64,000 nt of DNA from Candidatus Thorarchaeota archaeon (lineage in GTDB: Archaea > Asgardarchaeota > Thorarchaeia > Thorarchaeales > Thorarchaeaceae): NCBI GenBank assembly GCA_963726195.1, contig CAVSBO010000013.1:71038-135037 (forward strand), written 5' to 3'. Position 1 is the first letter of the stretch. Each line of letters begins with the position of its first letter. The translations under genes were made by a program, and so were the position numbers. Under the pieces are notes generated by a model. The model made no database searches and had not been told where the DNA came from. It saw only the letters and a program-made list of their open reading frames with translations. Of the stretch, positions 51,153 through 60,881 are shown piece by piece.

Positions 51153-51912
51153 ACCCTGTCTCCCTAACAATTTCCATGAGTGGCAGAATATCGGGGCCCC
51201 AACTTTCTCCCAAGGGCCTATGAGCCTTCTCGCCAGCGGATGTGAACTCAATCCCGCTCACATGAAAATGCATATTGTCTACAAACCTGCTGCCAAGGGC
51301 GCGTTCGAACGTTCCCAATACCTCGAGGTAGCTCTTCTTGTCGCTCATGCCTCCCTGCGTTATCGCGTGCAGGTGAGCCCAGTCTATTGTCGGTATCAGT
51401 CCTTCGACATCATTACACAACTCCACCAGCTCATCAATTGAACCGAAGACTCCAAGCTTCCCAGCAGTCTCTGGAGCCAGCATGACTCCTCCGGTTTGAT
51501 GCCCTATTGTTTCCCAAACCTCCAGCAGACTACTCTTCACGATAGGGTAGGCTTCCTCAGGTGTTAGCCCACTGTACCCGCCCACGTGAAAAACGATTCG
51601 GGTGACATTCATTAGTGGTGCGAATTTTAACGACTTGACGAGCCTTTCAATGGAGTTCTGCCTTGTCTGTTTGCTCTTTGAGACCAGACTGATGTAGTAT
51701 GCCGCATGCATGCTCATCACAATCCCGCATTCCTTTGCAGCCGTGCCGAGCCTCTTAGCGGCATCCTCGCTCATTCTTAGACCGTAAACAGCAGCGTACT
51801 CAAGCGCATCTAGACCCGCATCTCGTATCATGTTGAACGCCTTACGGGGATTGCCGCTCGTGTCCGAAGGATATCCCGCAGGGCCAAAGTGTATCTCTGC
51901 CGAACTAGTCAC
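51058..51912 (-). CDS. nfo: Endonuclease IV (archaeal AP endonuclease)
   Basis: FGPAG, HAAYYISL, VFH.G, PETAGK...FGS, DWAH, HFH.SGIE....GE..H, ISETP. Confidence 0.9.
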   Translation of the reverse strand: MTSSAEIHFGPAGYPSDTSGNPRKAFNMIRDAGLDALEYAAVYGLRMSEDAAKRLGTAAKECGIVMSMHAAYYISLVSKSKQTRQNSIERLVKSLKFAPLMNVTRIVFHVGGYSGLTPEEAYPIVKSSLLEVWETIGHQTGGVMLAPETAGKLGVFGSIDELVELCNDVEGLIPTIDWAHLHAITQGGMSDKKSYLEVLGTFERALGSRFVDNMHFHVSGIEFTSAGEKAHRPLGESWGPDILPLMEIVRETGYKPTFISETPEPILGALYAKLLLEELEKSQS

Positions 51913-51946
51913 CTCCAGAATCGTGCTCTATTTGTACAGTCCTTTG

Positions 51947-53333
51947 TGCTCGGAACCAGTCATGACGTCATTTCCTTGCGGCAACGTGAGCACTTTATCT
52001 GAGTGGGCTTTCGAAACAACAGGGGGTTCCGAACAGTTAGTGGATTTAATATCATTTGGCACGACACATAGAGAGGTAATTGACTGCGCTGAATGGCCGA
52101 CCGAGGTCGTGAGAACACGAGAATTACGCGGGCCTACAAGACAGAGCTGGAACCCAACAGCGCCCAGCGTTCGGCCATGCTCAAGCACGCCAGGACAGCG
52201 AGGTTCGCGTACAACTGGGGGCTCGCTCGCCGAACTGAGGAATACGGCAAGACAGGATCTTCATCGAACGCTATCCAGCTGCACAGGCAGTTGAACGCCT
52301 TGAAGAAGACAGAGTTCCCATGGATGTACGAGGTCTCCAAGTGCGCACCGCAAGAGGCCCTCCGAGACCTCGATAGGGCGTACAAGAACTTCTTCGAGGG
52401 GCGAGCGAAATATCCGAAGTTCAAGCACAGAAAGCTCGGTGCAGGCAGTTTCAGGCTCACAGGATCAATCAGGGTGTTCAAGGACTCCGTGCAGTTGCCC
52501 CGGATCGGCATGGTCAGACTCAAGGAGAGAGGCTATCTCCCAATTGAGAGAGTCCACGTGCTGTCCGCGACTATTTCAGAAAGGGCAGGAAAATGGTTCG
52601 TGAGCCTTCATGTAGAGAAAGAGATCGAGGTCAGGAATAATACTGGACCTGTGGTAGGGGTTGACGTTGGTATCTCGAATCTCGCCACTGTCAGTGACGG
52701 TACTATCATTTCAAATCCGAAACCTCTGTTGCGCTTCGAGAGAAAGAAGAAACGAATCCAGAGGTTTCTTGCAAGGAAGAAGAAAGGAAGCAATAACCGG
52801 GTCCATACGACAATGCGGTTGGCCCGGCTCGAACTCAGGATTGCTAACATCCGGAGAGACGCCCACCACAAAGCCACAACGATGCTGGCGAGAACCAAGT
52901 CTGTCATCGGTGTGGAAAGCCTCAATATGGCGGGACTACTGAAGAACCATCGCGTCGCAAAGCATCTCGCGGATGCAGGCATAGGAGAGTTCCTTGGCCA
53001 GCTGAAGTACAAGACGGTATGGAATGGAAGCACAGTCGTGGAGGCTGACCAGTTCTTCCCGTCCACGAAACGATGTTCCAGCTGCGGTGCAGTCAAGGAC
53101 GAGATGCTGCTTTCTGAGAGAACATACAAGTGCGAGAGTTGTGGTTTCGAGGCCGACCGTGACCTGAACGCTGCAATTAATCTGGCTTCAGTCGCCGCCA
53201 GTTGGGCGGAGACTCAAAACGCCTGCGAGAGCGGAGAGGTCCATGCCTCTACTGGAGGCAGGTGCTCCGCGATGAAGCAGGAACCGAACACTGTTTGGGA
53301 CGGTGTCCCAAATGGGTAAGTTTCGGACAACGG
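51947..53333 (+). mobile_element. Solo-tnpB insertion sequence (no tnpA in element); left end approximate
   Basis: tnpB between nfo and DGGGPS; right end ...GGGTAAGTTTCGGACAACGG; imperfect inverted repeat 51947-52035 upstream. Confidence 0.55.
52093..53319 (+). CDS. tnpB: TnpB RNA-guided nuclease (IS605/IS607-type OrfB), intact
   Basis: RAYKTEL HTH, ARFAYNW, YPKFK, RuvC VGVDVG / GVESL / DRDLNAAINL, CSSCG..CESCG Zn ribbon. Confidence 0.95.
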   Translation: MADRGRENTRITRAYKTELEPNSAQRSAMLKHARTARFAYNWGLARRTEEYGKTGSSSNAIQLHRQLNALKKTEFPWMYEVSKCAPQEALRDLDRAYKNFFEGRAKYPKFKHRKLGAGSFRLTGSIRVFKDSVQLPRIGMVRLKERGYLPIERVHVLSATISERAGKWFVSLHVEKEIEVRNNTGPVVGVDVGISNLATVSDGTIISNPKPLLRFERKKKRIQRFLARKKKGSNNRVHTTMRLARLELRIANIRRDAHHKATTMLARTKSVIGVESLNMAGLLKNHRVAKHLADAGIGEFLGQLKYKTVWNGSTVVEADQFFPSTKRCSSCGAVKDEMLLSERTYKCESCGFEADRDLNAAINLASVAASWAETQNACESGEVHASTGGRCSAMKQEPNTVWDGVPNG

Positions 53334-53350
53334 CTTATGACCTGTTCTCC
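53190..53350 (+). ncRNA. Predicted omega-RNA (scaffold overlapping tnpB 3' end, plus flanking guide)
   Basis: Hairpin TTTGGGAC-ggt-GTCCCAAA (53294-53312) with outer CCGAAC/TTTCGG; omega-RNA position known for TnpB; boundaries inferred. Confidence 0.55.
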
Positions 53351-53402
53351 GGAAAGCTTTAATCATCGCCTCCGCTGGAGAACTGAACGGACAGAAAACA
53401 GG

Positions 53403-54344
53403 ATGTCAGAGAACGCGACTACGGCCAGAGCTCAGAAGCGGCGAATTGATGCAAAGGCATTCTTGTCCATAATCCGACCTCAGAACTGCATCATTGGCGG
53501 GCTCACTGTCGTTGCCGGTGTGGCCATCGCATACCAAACGCACCCAGTCGGGACATCGATAATGTCCTACCTCTTCCTGATTATCTTCGGATATGCCACC
53601 TACTTCTTCGTGGCAGCAGGTGGCAATGTTGTAAATGACATCTACGATGTAGAGGTTGACAAAATTAATCGTCCTCACAGGGCACTCCCCAGCGGCCGGA
53701 TGACTGTGAATCAGGCTTGGGCGTATGTAGGCGTATTGAGTGCTCTGGGCGTTTTCTTTGCTTGGCTGAATGGCAGCATTGGCACTCTGATAGTGATGTT
53801 CTTTGAGAGCGCCGGGTATGCTTATGCTGCTAAAGTGAAGGCTCTTGGTCTCGCGGGCAATCTCATGGTCGCCTTTTCTTTCGCATTCGGTGTGATCTAC
53901 GGGTCATTCATCTATGCAGAGCGAATCAAAATGTACACGTATATGCCCATCCCTTCACTGCTGTTCTTCCTTACTGCATTCATGATACTCCAAGCCAGAG
54001 AGACGATAAAGGGAGCAGAGGATGTTGAGGGCGATGCCATGAGAAATGTCCGAACCATAGCTCGGGTATATGGTTACCATGCCGCTGCCGGAATTCAGGC
54101 CGTGCTAAATCTGATTGGCGTCTTGTGCTACTACTTGGTCTGGTATTTGGGCTACGCAAGTTATGATCTCAAGTATCTGCTCTACCTCGGGGCAGCTATA
54201 GTAATCGCTGCGGCGATCGTCCCTATCACAGGGCCAAGCAACAAGAAGAGACTCGTAATCGGTAGTACATTGGACAAAGTGGGCGCACTGGTCGGGCTGG
54301 TTGCATTCGTGATAATCCCGTTCTATGCAATCATTTGGCTATAG
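53403..54344 (+). CDS. UbiA-family geranylgeranylglycerol-phosphate geranylgeranyltransferase (DGGGPS)
   Basis: IRPQNC, NDIYDVEVDKINRPHRALPSG, GNLMVA, RETIKGAEDVEGD. Confidence 0.88.
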   Translation: MSENATTARAQKRRIDAKAFLSIIRPQNCIIGGLTVVAGVAIAYQTHPVGTSIMSYLFLIIFGYATYFFVAAGGNVVNDIYDVEVDKINRPHRALPSGRMTVNQAWAYVGVLSALGVFFAWLNGSIGTLIVMFFESAGYAYAAKVKALGLAGNLMVAFSFAFGVIYGSFIYAERIKMYTYMPIPSLLFFLTAFMILQARETIKGAEDVEGDAMRNVRTIARVYGYHAAAGIQAVLNLIGVLCYYLVWYLGYASYDLKYLLYLGAAIVIAAAIVPITGPSNKKRLVIGSTLDKVGALVGLVAFVIIPFYAIIWL

Positions 54345-55180
54345 CTAGTGAGCCTGCCAGAACGTCCAGCCAAGAACTATCATGCATGTTAGCGAGATTA
54401 GAACGGCCCATATCGTTGATGTATCGTGTGCTTCTCTTATGCCAAACGTCAATAGGAAGCCCACCCAGACGAAGGCAGCGGTTGTCATATAATCTAGGAT
54501 GAGCCAAATGCCCGATGAGTACACAGACCCTATCACTGCCGCCCATGCTGTCACGTTTTGTATATCGTATGATGGCATGACTGCCAGGACAACCAAGAAT
54601 CCGAGAACTCTGAACAGTAGCACCGGCATCATGCTATAGCCCACTATGGAAACTGTCTTAGCCATGCGGCCAGTGCCGCCCGCGATCTTGAATGCAAGAT
54701 GGGCGAACAGTGATCCCACAAACAGATAGACAAATCCAATCATAATGTTGGGCAACATACTCACCATCGCGGTTGCATAGAACATGCTCCCGGCTGATGA
54801 GTCCAAGACAGATACCGTCGCAGTAGCCCCCGAGGTTGCATTGGTCACAACCACAACCGTGAACCGGGACGATATGGCCAAGAAGAGACCCATAATCACA
54901 AAGGCGTTCATTATCACTATTAGGAGGGGTCCTGCACCATCGGGTCGCTGCCCGATGTCACGGTACGTCGGTGCGGGTCTTCTAATCACTCCCCAAAGCC
55001 GCTCAAAGGTTCCCATTGCACGGACTTCCGGCGCCTGAGGTCTCTTCAACAACGGCAAGACTCTCTCTAGAGCTTCTTCAGAAATGACTTGTCTGCAGAC
55101 AGGGCACACCGTGGCGTCTGCAGGCACAGGCGAGTCGCAGTACTCGCATCGTCTGACCGTGGCCGATTCCTTCTCTAGAG
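54345..55180 (-). CDS. Yip1-domain membrane protein with N-terminal zinc ribbon (start codon unclear)
   Basis: In-frame CEYC..CPVC upstream of the GTG; VIRRP..TY....PDGAGPL, VGYSMMP, five TMs. Confidence 0.7.
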
Positions 55181-55261
55181 ATGTGTGTAGAAACCGACCG
55201 CTCGTATCTATTTAAGCGATTTCTGATTGTTTGTGCTGCCTTCTCACTTCTGTGGCAGGCA

Positions 55262-55858
55262 TCACCACATCTTGAAGTGACCGTAAACTCCGGTTGGATA
55301 AACGACAATAAAGGGCACCAGTGCATCCCAGAGACTCTGGATTGCGTTGAGAATCAAAGCATAGGTGATAATGAAGTCCTGCGTGAGGTAGGGAGATATC
55401 AGGAGGGGAACGATGACCAGATTGAGGGGAATCATTAGAAGAAGCCTCACGAGGAAGGCCACTGCCATCAAGATAATGTAGTTCCCGTAATGTTGTGCGA
55501 GGAACAGGCCGCCGAGTCCCTTCCCCAACCTTCGCACGCCAAGCCATGGCACAACTATCATCGGTGCTGTGGCTAGGAATTTGAATATTGGTCCGATGCC
55601 AGTCGGGTCGAAGAAAAACAGACAGAGAGTGCCCAACGTGGTGCTAAGCATCCCAACTCCAATGCCCCCTATCAAGAACGCAATAATCCAAAAGAGCGAT
55701 ACGGGATCAAAGAGCGCAATTCCCCAGCCAGGAATTCTCGGAAGCATCGAGGCAATCGGAGAAACTGCCGCTGAAAGGGCTGCGAAGACGGCAGCTACAG
55801 CTAACCGCTCGACTCTATGGTGCTCCGCAGAAACACCGATGAGTTCCATGTCTGCCAT
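55262..55858 (-). CDS. ECF transporter S-component-like membrane protein
   Basis: AAVFAALS..., FDP.SL, LIGG..G, GP..KFLAT, PLN, LN.IQ. Confidence 0.6.
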   Translation of the reverse strand: MADMELIGVSAEHHRVERLAVAAVFAALSAAVSPIASMLPRIPGWGIALFDPVSLFWIIAFLIGGIGVGMLSTTLGTLCLFFFDPTGIGPIFKFLATAPMIVVPWLGVRRLGKGLGGLFLAQHYGNYIILMAVAFLVRLLLMIPLNLVIVPLLISPYLTQDFIITYALILNAIQSLWDALVPFIVVYPTGVYGHFKMW

Positions 55859-55973
55859 ATCGTGCTCTATTTCAGATTCCTCCTATGCATAGGGCTGAAC
55901 AATGTGAAATTGCGCCACATGTCAGAGGCCTTGTTCTTTCCTTAAGTAGATTACTCAGTGGCTAACCGCTTAC

Positions 55974-56441
55974 TCAATCATAAGTAGGGTTGTTAGGGGG
56001 CGGAGTCCGTGTGAATTTGGTCTCTTCCTGCACACGGTCCTCTGTCCCCTTCATTCGAACACGGCCCACCATCTGCAAGAGTTTCCGAGTTGGTTCCAGC
56101 CAGTCCGGGTTTATTCGCCATTCCGCCCAGTCGAGTCCTGATGACAAGGAGGCCCTGCTGAGTATCAACCTCGACGATACAAGTTCGTTCATTCCTTCGA
56201 GTATGGTTCCGATTGTCACGGCTCCTATGATGGATCGGACCTGACGCGCAACTCTAAGGAGGTCCCCAGTTGTGACCCAGCCCCCGTCTTCGATCAGGAC
56301 TCTAAGTATTCTAGAGCGTACGGGATCGGACTCAATAGTCCTCTTCAGCGGTGCCAGATTAATGGGTGGCGTGGGTCTGTTGGGCCCAGGCGTGTCCCAC
56401 GAACCGGAGTCTGGATCACCAATGAAGGGGCTAAAGTCCAT
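55974..56441 (-). CDS. Hypothetical winged-helix protein
   Basis: DPVRSRILRVL...GWVTT.DL...WRINP; Pro-rich termini. Confidence 0.5.
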   Translation of the reverse strand: MDFSPFIGDPDSGSWDTPGPNRPTPPINLAPLKRTIESDPVRSRILRVLIEDGGWVTTGDLLRVARQVRSIIGAVTIGTILEGMNELVSSRLILSRASLSSGLDWAEWRINPDWLEPTRKLLQMVGRVRMKGTEDRVQEETKFTRTPPPNNPTYD

Positions 56442-56566
56442 GTTCTGCCAACACCAACACCACTAGCTGGCCCAGAGGATTTGAACCGCAGTATTATCGG
56501 ATATGTCTCGAGTGTGCGCGAACAATGCACAACCCTTATTTTCTGTCTGACACCAGCACGGTTGGA

Positions 56567-56959
56567 ATGAAGACTCGAGATCCACTGGATGACCTCTTCA
56601 CGAAGACGCTCCAGAAACCCTCAGACCTGCTGTGCTGTGCATTTGGCTTGCATGATAGCGAGATAGATGCCTACTTCTCACTTCTATCTGAACCCAAGAC
56701 GGTTGAATCGATATCTTCCCTAATTGGTCGTGACCGCAGCACAGTTCAGCGAATCCTGAGCAAGCTCCGTAAGAAGGGTCTCATAGAACGTGAGGCGAAG
56801 CATATCGAGAAGGGTGGATACTACTACGTGTACAAGGCTGTCTCCACCGAGACCGTGAGGAAACAAATGCTGACGCAACTTGAGAAATGGTACAACGAAA
56901 CCAGAAGGTTCTTGTCGTCAGGCTGGCCGCAGAAGACCGAGCGAACGTCGACCTCTTGA
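56567..56959 (+). CDS. TrmB-like HTH transcriptional regulator
   Basis: LLCCAFGL...E..AY..LL...RDRSTVQR.L..L...GLI.R......GGYYYVY. Confidence 0.85.
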   Translation: MKTRDPLDDLFTKTLQKPSDLLCCAFGLHDSEIDAYFSLLSEPKTVESISSLIGRDRSTVQRILSKLRKKGLIEREAKHIEKGGYYYVYKAVSTETVRKQMLTQLEKWYNETRRFLSSGWPQKTERTSTS

Positions 56960-56969
56960 GGCACCGGAA

Positions 56970-57545
56970 ATGTCATCAACGCCGGTTCGGAACAGCACAG
57001 TCACGATCACATGCATGGCGATGATAGCGGCACTGGGAATCGCGACACGCTTCCTCATCCGCATACCAGTCATCCCGAATCTGGTTGAACTCACGCCGGG
57101 CTTTCTATTCTCTGAGCTAAGCGGAATAGTAGGAGGTCTTGCCGGGGGAGTACTGGTAGGCGCCACTATTGGAATAGGCGGAGCAGTAGCCGGAGGCGAG
57201 GTCCCACTCATGCCCATGATCGGTAACATCTTTCTGGGCATTGGAACCGGCTATGCGATTCATTTCGCCAAGGATCGCGACAGTTACAAATATGCGCTAA
57301 TGGTCATCTTGGGCGGCGGCATCATTGGTGGTTTCGTGCCTGACATGTCGGTCTTTCTTCCCCTCACCGAATCAATGCAAGCCGCACTAGTAGCAGCATT
57401 GGCAGACACATTTCAAGGGCTAATCTGGGCACCCGTCGCCTTGTTCGTAGAGCGAGTCATTGTTAGGCCCCTGCTCGGACACTATCTGTATGCTTATCCC
57501 CAGCAATTGACTCTGGAAAACAGTGAGCGTGATGAGAATGCCTGA
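56970..57545 (+). CDS. ECF S-component-like membrane protein
   Basis: AMIAALG....IRIP, Gly-rich TM helices; stop overlaps the hypB start. Confidence 0.6.
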   Translation: MSSTPVRNSTVTITCMAMIAALGIATRFLIRIPVIPNLVELTPGFLFSELSGIVGGLAGGVLVGATIGIGGAVAGGEVPLMPMIGNIFLGIGTGYAIHFAKDRDSYKYALMVILGGGIIGGFVPDMSVFLPLTESMQAALVAALADTFQGLIWAPVALFVERVIVRPLLGHYLYAYPQQLTLENSERDENA

Positions 57546-58188
57546 CAAGACAGTATCGATCGACGTGCAGAAGGACCTTTTCGGGGCGAACAAGAGTGCA
57601 GCTGCCTTCAATGCTGACGAATTCAGGAAGCACGGTATTCGAGCCTTCGATGTCATGGGCTCCGTAGGTAGCGGGAAAACACTCTTCATTGAAGCAATGT
57701 GTGACAAGCTCTCAGGCCGGCACAAAATTCTCATGGTTGCTGGCGACTTGGCCACCAGAATCGATGCTGACAGAGTTGCAGCTCATGGTATAGATACTGT
57801 TCAGATTAACACTGGCACTGCCTGCCACCTTGATGCGAGAATGGTTCGATACGCTCTGAAAGATGTCGACCTCTCGAATTACGAGGTTGTTTTCATCGAG
57901 AATGTTGGCAATCTCATCTGCCCTGCTGGTTATTCATTGGGTGTCGAAAAGAGGATAGTCATCCTTGGAATCACAGAAGGCCCTTACATGGTTCGCAAGC
58001 ATCCACTCACGATCAAGAGGGCTGATGTCATTGTAATAAACAAGGTAGACCTTGCTGACGTGTTAGACTTCGATATTGATGCTATGGTTCGTGACGTTCA
58101 TGAAGTAGACTCAGAGCTTCCTGTGTACCCAGTGAGTTCGAAGACGGGCCAAGGCGTTGACGAAGTAATAGAAGGCTTGGAACTCTAA
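57538..58188 (+). CDS. hypB: Hydrogenase nickel-insertion GTPase HypB
   Basis: GSVGSGKT, GD.....DA, INTG.ACHLD, ENVGNLICPA, TEG, KHP, NKVD. Confidence 0.93.
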   Translation: MPDKTVSIDVQKDLFGANKSAAAFNADEFRKHGIRAFDVMGSVGSGKTLFIEAMCDKLSGRHKILMVAGDLATRIDADRVAAHGIDTVQINTGTACHLDARMVRYALKDVDLSNYEVVFIENVGNLICPAGYSLGVEKRIVILGITEGPYMVRKHPLTIKRADVIVINKVDLADVLDFDIDAMVRDVHEVDSELPVYPVSSKTGQGVDEVIEGLEL

Positions 58189-58871
58189 GAGCCAGCCTGA
58201 GACTCCAATTGCTTCGATAGTGCCTTCCGCACTCCTTCTATGTGTCCCGCTCCCAAGACTGCGACAATCTTTCCCTTGACATCATTGAGTATAGTGCAGA
58301 GTGCGTTCGCCACGTACTTATCTCTCTCGTCAATCAGGGCGTTGCTCAGATTGGGAAACTCGGTTCTGAATTCACCAATCACCGCAGTTATCGCACCCTC
58401 TTCCTTTAGCGTCGTCATGAGATCTTCAGCATCGCCACCTTGTATGTCGTCTGAAGCCCCGGGAATCATGTTAACCATCCTATAGACCTCATCTAGAGGC
58501 ACTGACATGATGGCCTGCATCGTTGCTTGAATGGGTCTGTCTACAAGGGCTATCTTTGCACCGAGCTTACGTCCCTCCTCAATAGCCGCAAGCATCTCGG
58601 CGCCGACATCAGAGCCTGTCACGTTGCCGAGTCTCTTTTCCAGGAGAGTGATCTGCTGGAATAGATCCTGAACCACGTGACCGGTAGAGGATTGGTTAGC
58701 CATTTCCTGTTCCGTCAGCGGGTGCAAGAGCTGCTGGTACCTATCACGATCCAGCTCCACAGCAACCACATCTGGTTTTGTCTCTTTCACGGTCTTCCTG
58801 ACATGTTTGACGCTGTCAACATCAGTATGAATGACTCCAACAAGTAATACTCTGTCAGGGATTCCTTTCAA
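58185..58871 (-). CDS. TraB/PrgY family protein
   Basis: VGVIH, PDVVAVELD..R, GAEM, LVDRPIQ.T, LIDERD, VAVLGAGH..G. Confidence 0.88.
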   Translation of the reverse strand: MKGIPDRVLLVGVIHTDVDSVKHVRKTVKETKPDVVAVELDRDRYQQLLHPLTEQEMANQSSTGHVVQDLFQQITLLEKRLGNVTGSDVGAEMLAAIEEGRKLGAKIALVDRPIQATMQAIMSVPLDEVYRMVNMIPGASDDIQGGDAEDLMTTLKEEGAITAVIGEFRTEFPNLSNALIDERDKYVANALCTILNDVKGKIVAVLGAGHIEGVRKALSKQLESQAGS

Positions 58872-58932
58872 TTTCAGAACCTGCGCTAGTATCAGGGAAT
58901 CCAACCTTTTATGTTTCGTTTCAGACACACAT

Positions 58933-59349
58933 TCAGCTCGGGGGAGGGGCAAAAGTGATCTGGATTGTGCCCGAGACTATTTTGACTTCCATTCTGTATG
59001 TGCCCGGACTGATAGGAGTCGGCATAATCACGATGCCGTGAGCATAAGAGCTGGTCCAGACGGTGGGCTCTTGAGTGCCTTTTTGAAACGATACCGTTAG
59101 AGCATTTCCGGTTGCACTTATGGTAACACCATTGGGAACATAGACTTGAGACATCACGTTCTCCACAATTCCCAGGTCAACACGGCTCGTGGCATTCTGC
59201 ACCTCCTGCGCAAACGTTGTGGCGAGCTCGAAATCTGAAGCCGCATTGACCGTGTCGATTGCATAGAGGAGAACAGGCACACCTACCATCACGGCAGTGC
59301 TCAAGCCGACCGCGATAAGCATCATCTTCTCTAGAGAACGCGATACCAT
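58933..59349 (-). CDS. Pilin-like protein (class III signal-peptide-like)
   Basis: MVSR|SLE followed by a hydrophobic helix and a beta-rich C-domain. Confidence 0.45.
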   Translation of the reverse strand: MVSRSLEKMMLIAVGLSTAVMVGVPVLLYAIDTVNAASDFELATTFAQEVQNATSRVDLGIVENVMSQVYVPNGVTISATGNALTVSFQKGTQEPTVWTSSYAHGIVIMPTPISPGTYRMEVKIVSGTIQITFAPPPS

Positions 59350-59408
59350 GGTTTCTGGTCCTGCAGTTCCCCCAATAAAGGAATCCAAAACTCACTCTGC
59401 ACGTGTCG

Positions 59409-59426
59409 AGCTCATTTCAATGAGCT
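59409..59426. promoter_or_regulatory. Palindrome upstream of selB
   Basis: AGCTCATT-tc-AATGAGCT about 20 nt upstream of a TTTTAA TATA-like box. Confidence 0.35.
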
Positions 59427-59474
59427 GAACGGTCTCTCGGTGAAGGTTTTAACCCGCCGCGTTCGGAGCATACA

Positions 59475-60881
59475 ATGAGCCTGACGATGGAGAGCTTGGT
59501 CCCGATTCATGTTGGTCTGGTGGGTCACATTGACCATGGCAAGACACAGCTCGCTAGAGCCCTGAGCCAGAAGGTCTCTACGGCAGGCCTTGACAAGCAC
59601 CCACAATCTCAGGAACGGGGCATAACCATAGACTTGGGCTTCACGATGTTTGTGCTCGACAGATATCTTGTAACTCTGGTGGACTCGCCGGGTCATGCAG
59701 ACCTCTTCCGTAGTGTTGTTGCAGGAGCAGGGATTATCGATGCAGCTCTGGTAGTCGTTGCGGCGGACGAGGGCCCCAAGGTGCAGACAGGTGAGCATCT
59801 CTTGTTGCTTGAGTCAATGGGCGTAGACACCATCATAGTTGTCATTACGAAAACAGACATTGCTGACGAAAAACAGCAGACGGTTGTGGAGGACCGTATG
59901 AAATCCATTGTTGGCGATATGTCCTTCAGAAAGGTCAAGTTTGTCAGAGTCTCCGCACTGACCGGCCAAGGTATTGACACGCTTCGAGATGTAATGCTGC
60001 GCACGATAGTTCCGAAGGAGAGACAGAAAGAAGGGTCGTTCCTCATGCCTATTGACCACGCCTTTTCAGTGAAGGGCCATGGCACGGTTGTCACAGGCAC
60101 TATCTTGAGAGGCCAACTTCAGACCGACGACACCCTCGAGCTTGTCCCTCAGGGGGTGAATGGGAAAGTGAGAACAATCCAGACCTTTGGTGAATCGCGC
60201 AGTCATGCTGGCGCAGGCGACAGAGTCGGAATCAATATCCCGAATCTCTCCGACCAAGTAGTCAGTCGAGGTGATTACCTGTGCAAGCCCGGCTCTCTCG
60301 ACAAGACTACCGGGTTGACTCTATCCTTTCGAGCTAATCCGTTATATCGTGGTCGTCTCGCCAAGAGAATGATTGTAAGTGCGACAGTGGGCATGCCCAC
60401 CGTTACGGCTGAGATAATGCCATTTGAAATAGAGGATGGTGCAAAGGTGATAGTAGATGAGGCCAGTGGCGCAGTATCAAACGTTGCGCTGCTACTTCAG
60501 AAGGAGATTGCCGCCGAGGTTGGCATGAGGGTGGTCTTAATGCGCACTGATTTGTCTCCCACACAAATGCGTATTGTTGGCTCTGGCCAAGTTATCGAAG
60601 TACCTAGCAGTATCGTGCTGAGCAAGAGGAAGACACGCTCTGGCAAGGTAATTCGTGTCAGACAGAACGATGTGCTGGTGGAAGGTCTTGCTTCCTCAAA
60701 GGAGCGGGCCGAGTCTTTTGCTGGATTGTCGGTCCGGACCGCAACGGGGCGCAAGGGCCAGCTCGGACAACCTTTCGGCACGCGCGGGGTCATGACGGCT
60801 GTGTTCGACGGTCCTGTGGCCAATGCTGAGCAGGTAATGTACGAAAGACTCGTTGAGGAGGAGTACCACTTTGGACATTGA
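59475..60881 (+). CDS. selB: Selenocysteine-specific elongation factor, archaeal type
   Basis: GHIDHGKT, ERGITIDLGF, DSPGH, QTGEH, TKTD, IDHAF..KG.GTV.TG, C-terminal G....PFG..G domain; clustered with SepSecS, tRNA-Sec and PSTK. Confidence 0.92.
   Translation: MSLTMESLVPIHVGLVGHIDHGKTQLARALSQKVSTAGLDKHPQSQERGITIDLGFTMFVLDRYLVTLVDSPGHADLFRSVVAGAGIIDAALVVVAADEGPKVQTGEHLLLLESMGVDTIIVVITKTDIADEKQQTVVEDRMKSIVGDMSFRKVKFVRVSALTGQGIDTLRDVMLRTIVPKERQKEGSFLMPIDHAFSVKGHGTVVTGTILRGQLQTDDTLELVPQGVNGKVRTIQTFGESRSHAGAGDRVGINIPNLSDQVVSRGDYLCKPGSLDKTTGLTLSFRANPLYRGRLAKRMIVSATVGMPTVTAEIMPFEIEDGAKVIVDEASGAVSNVALLLQKEIAAEVGMRVVLMRTDLSPTQMRIVGSGQVIEVPSSIVLSKRKTRSGKVIRVRQNDVLVEGLASSKERAESFAGLSVRTATGRKGQLGQPFGTRGVMTAVFDGPVANAEQVMYERLVEEEYHFGH

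Noticed and set aside
53202-53402. Long N-terminal extension of DGGGPS overlapping tnpB
   Set aside because: The open frame runs through the IS right end and omega-RNA; the real start is more plausibly the ATG at 53403
59268-59277. Match to the predicted guide of the intact TnpB
   Set aside because: Only 10 nt (GGAGAACAGG), not covering the seed; compatible with chance
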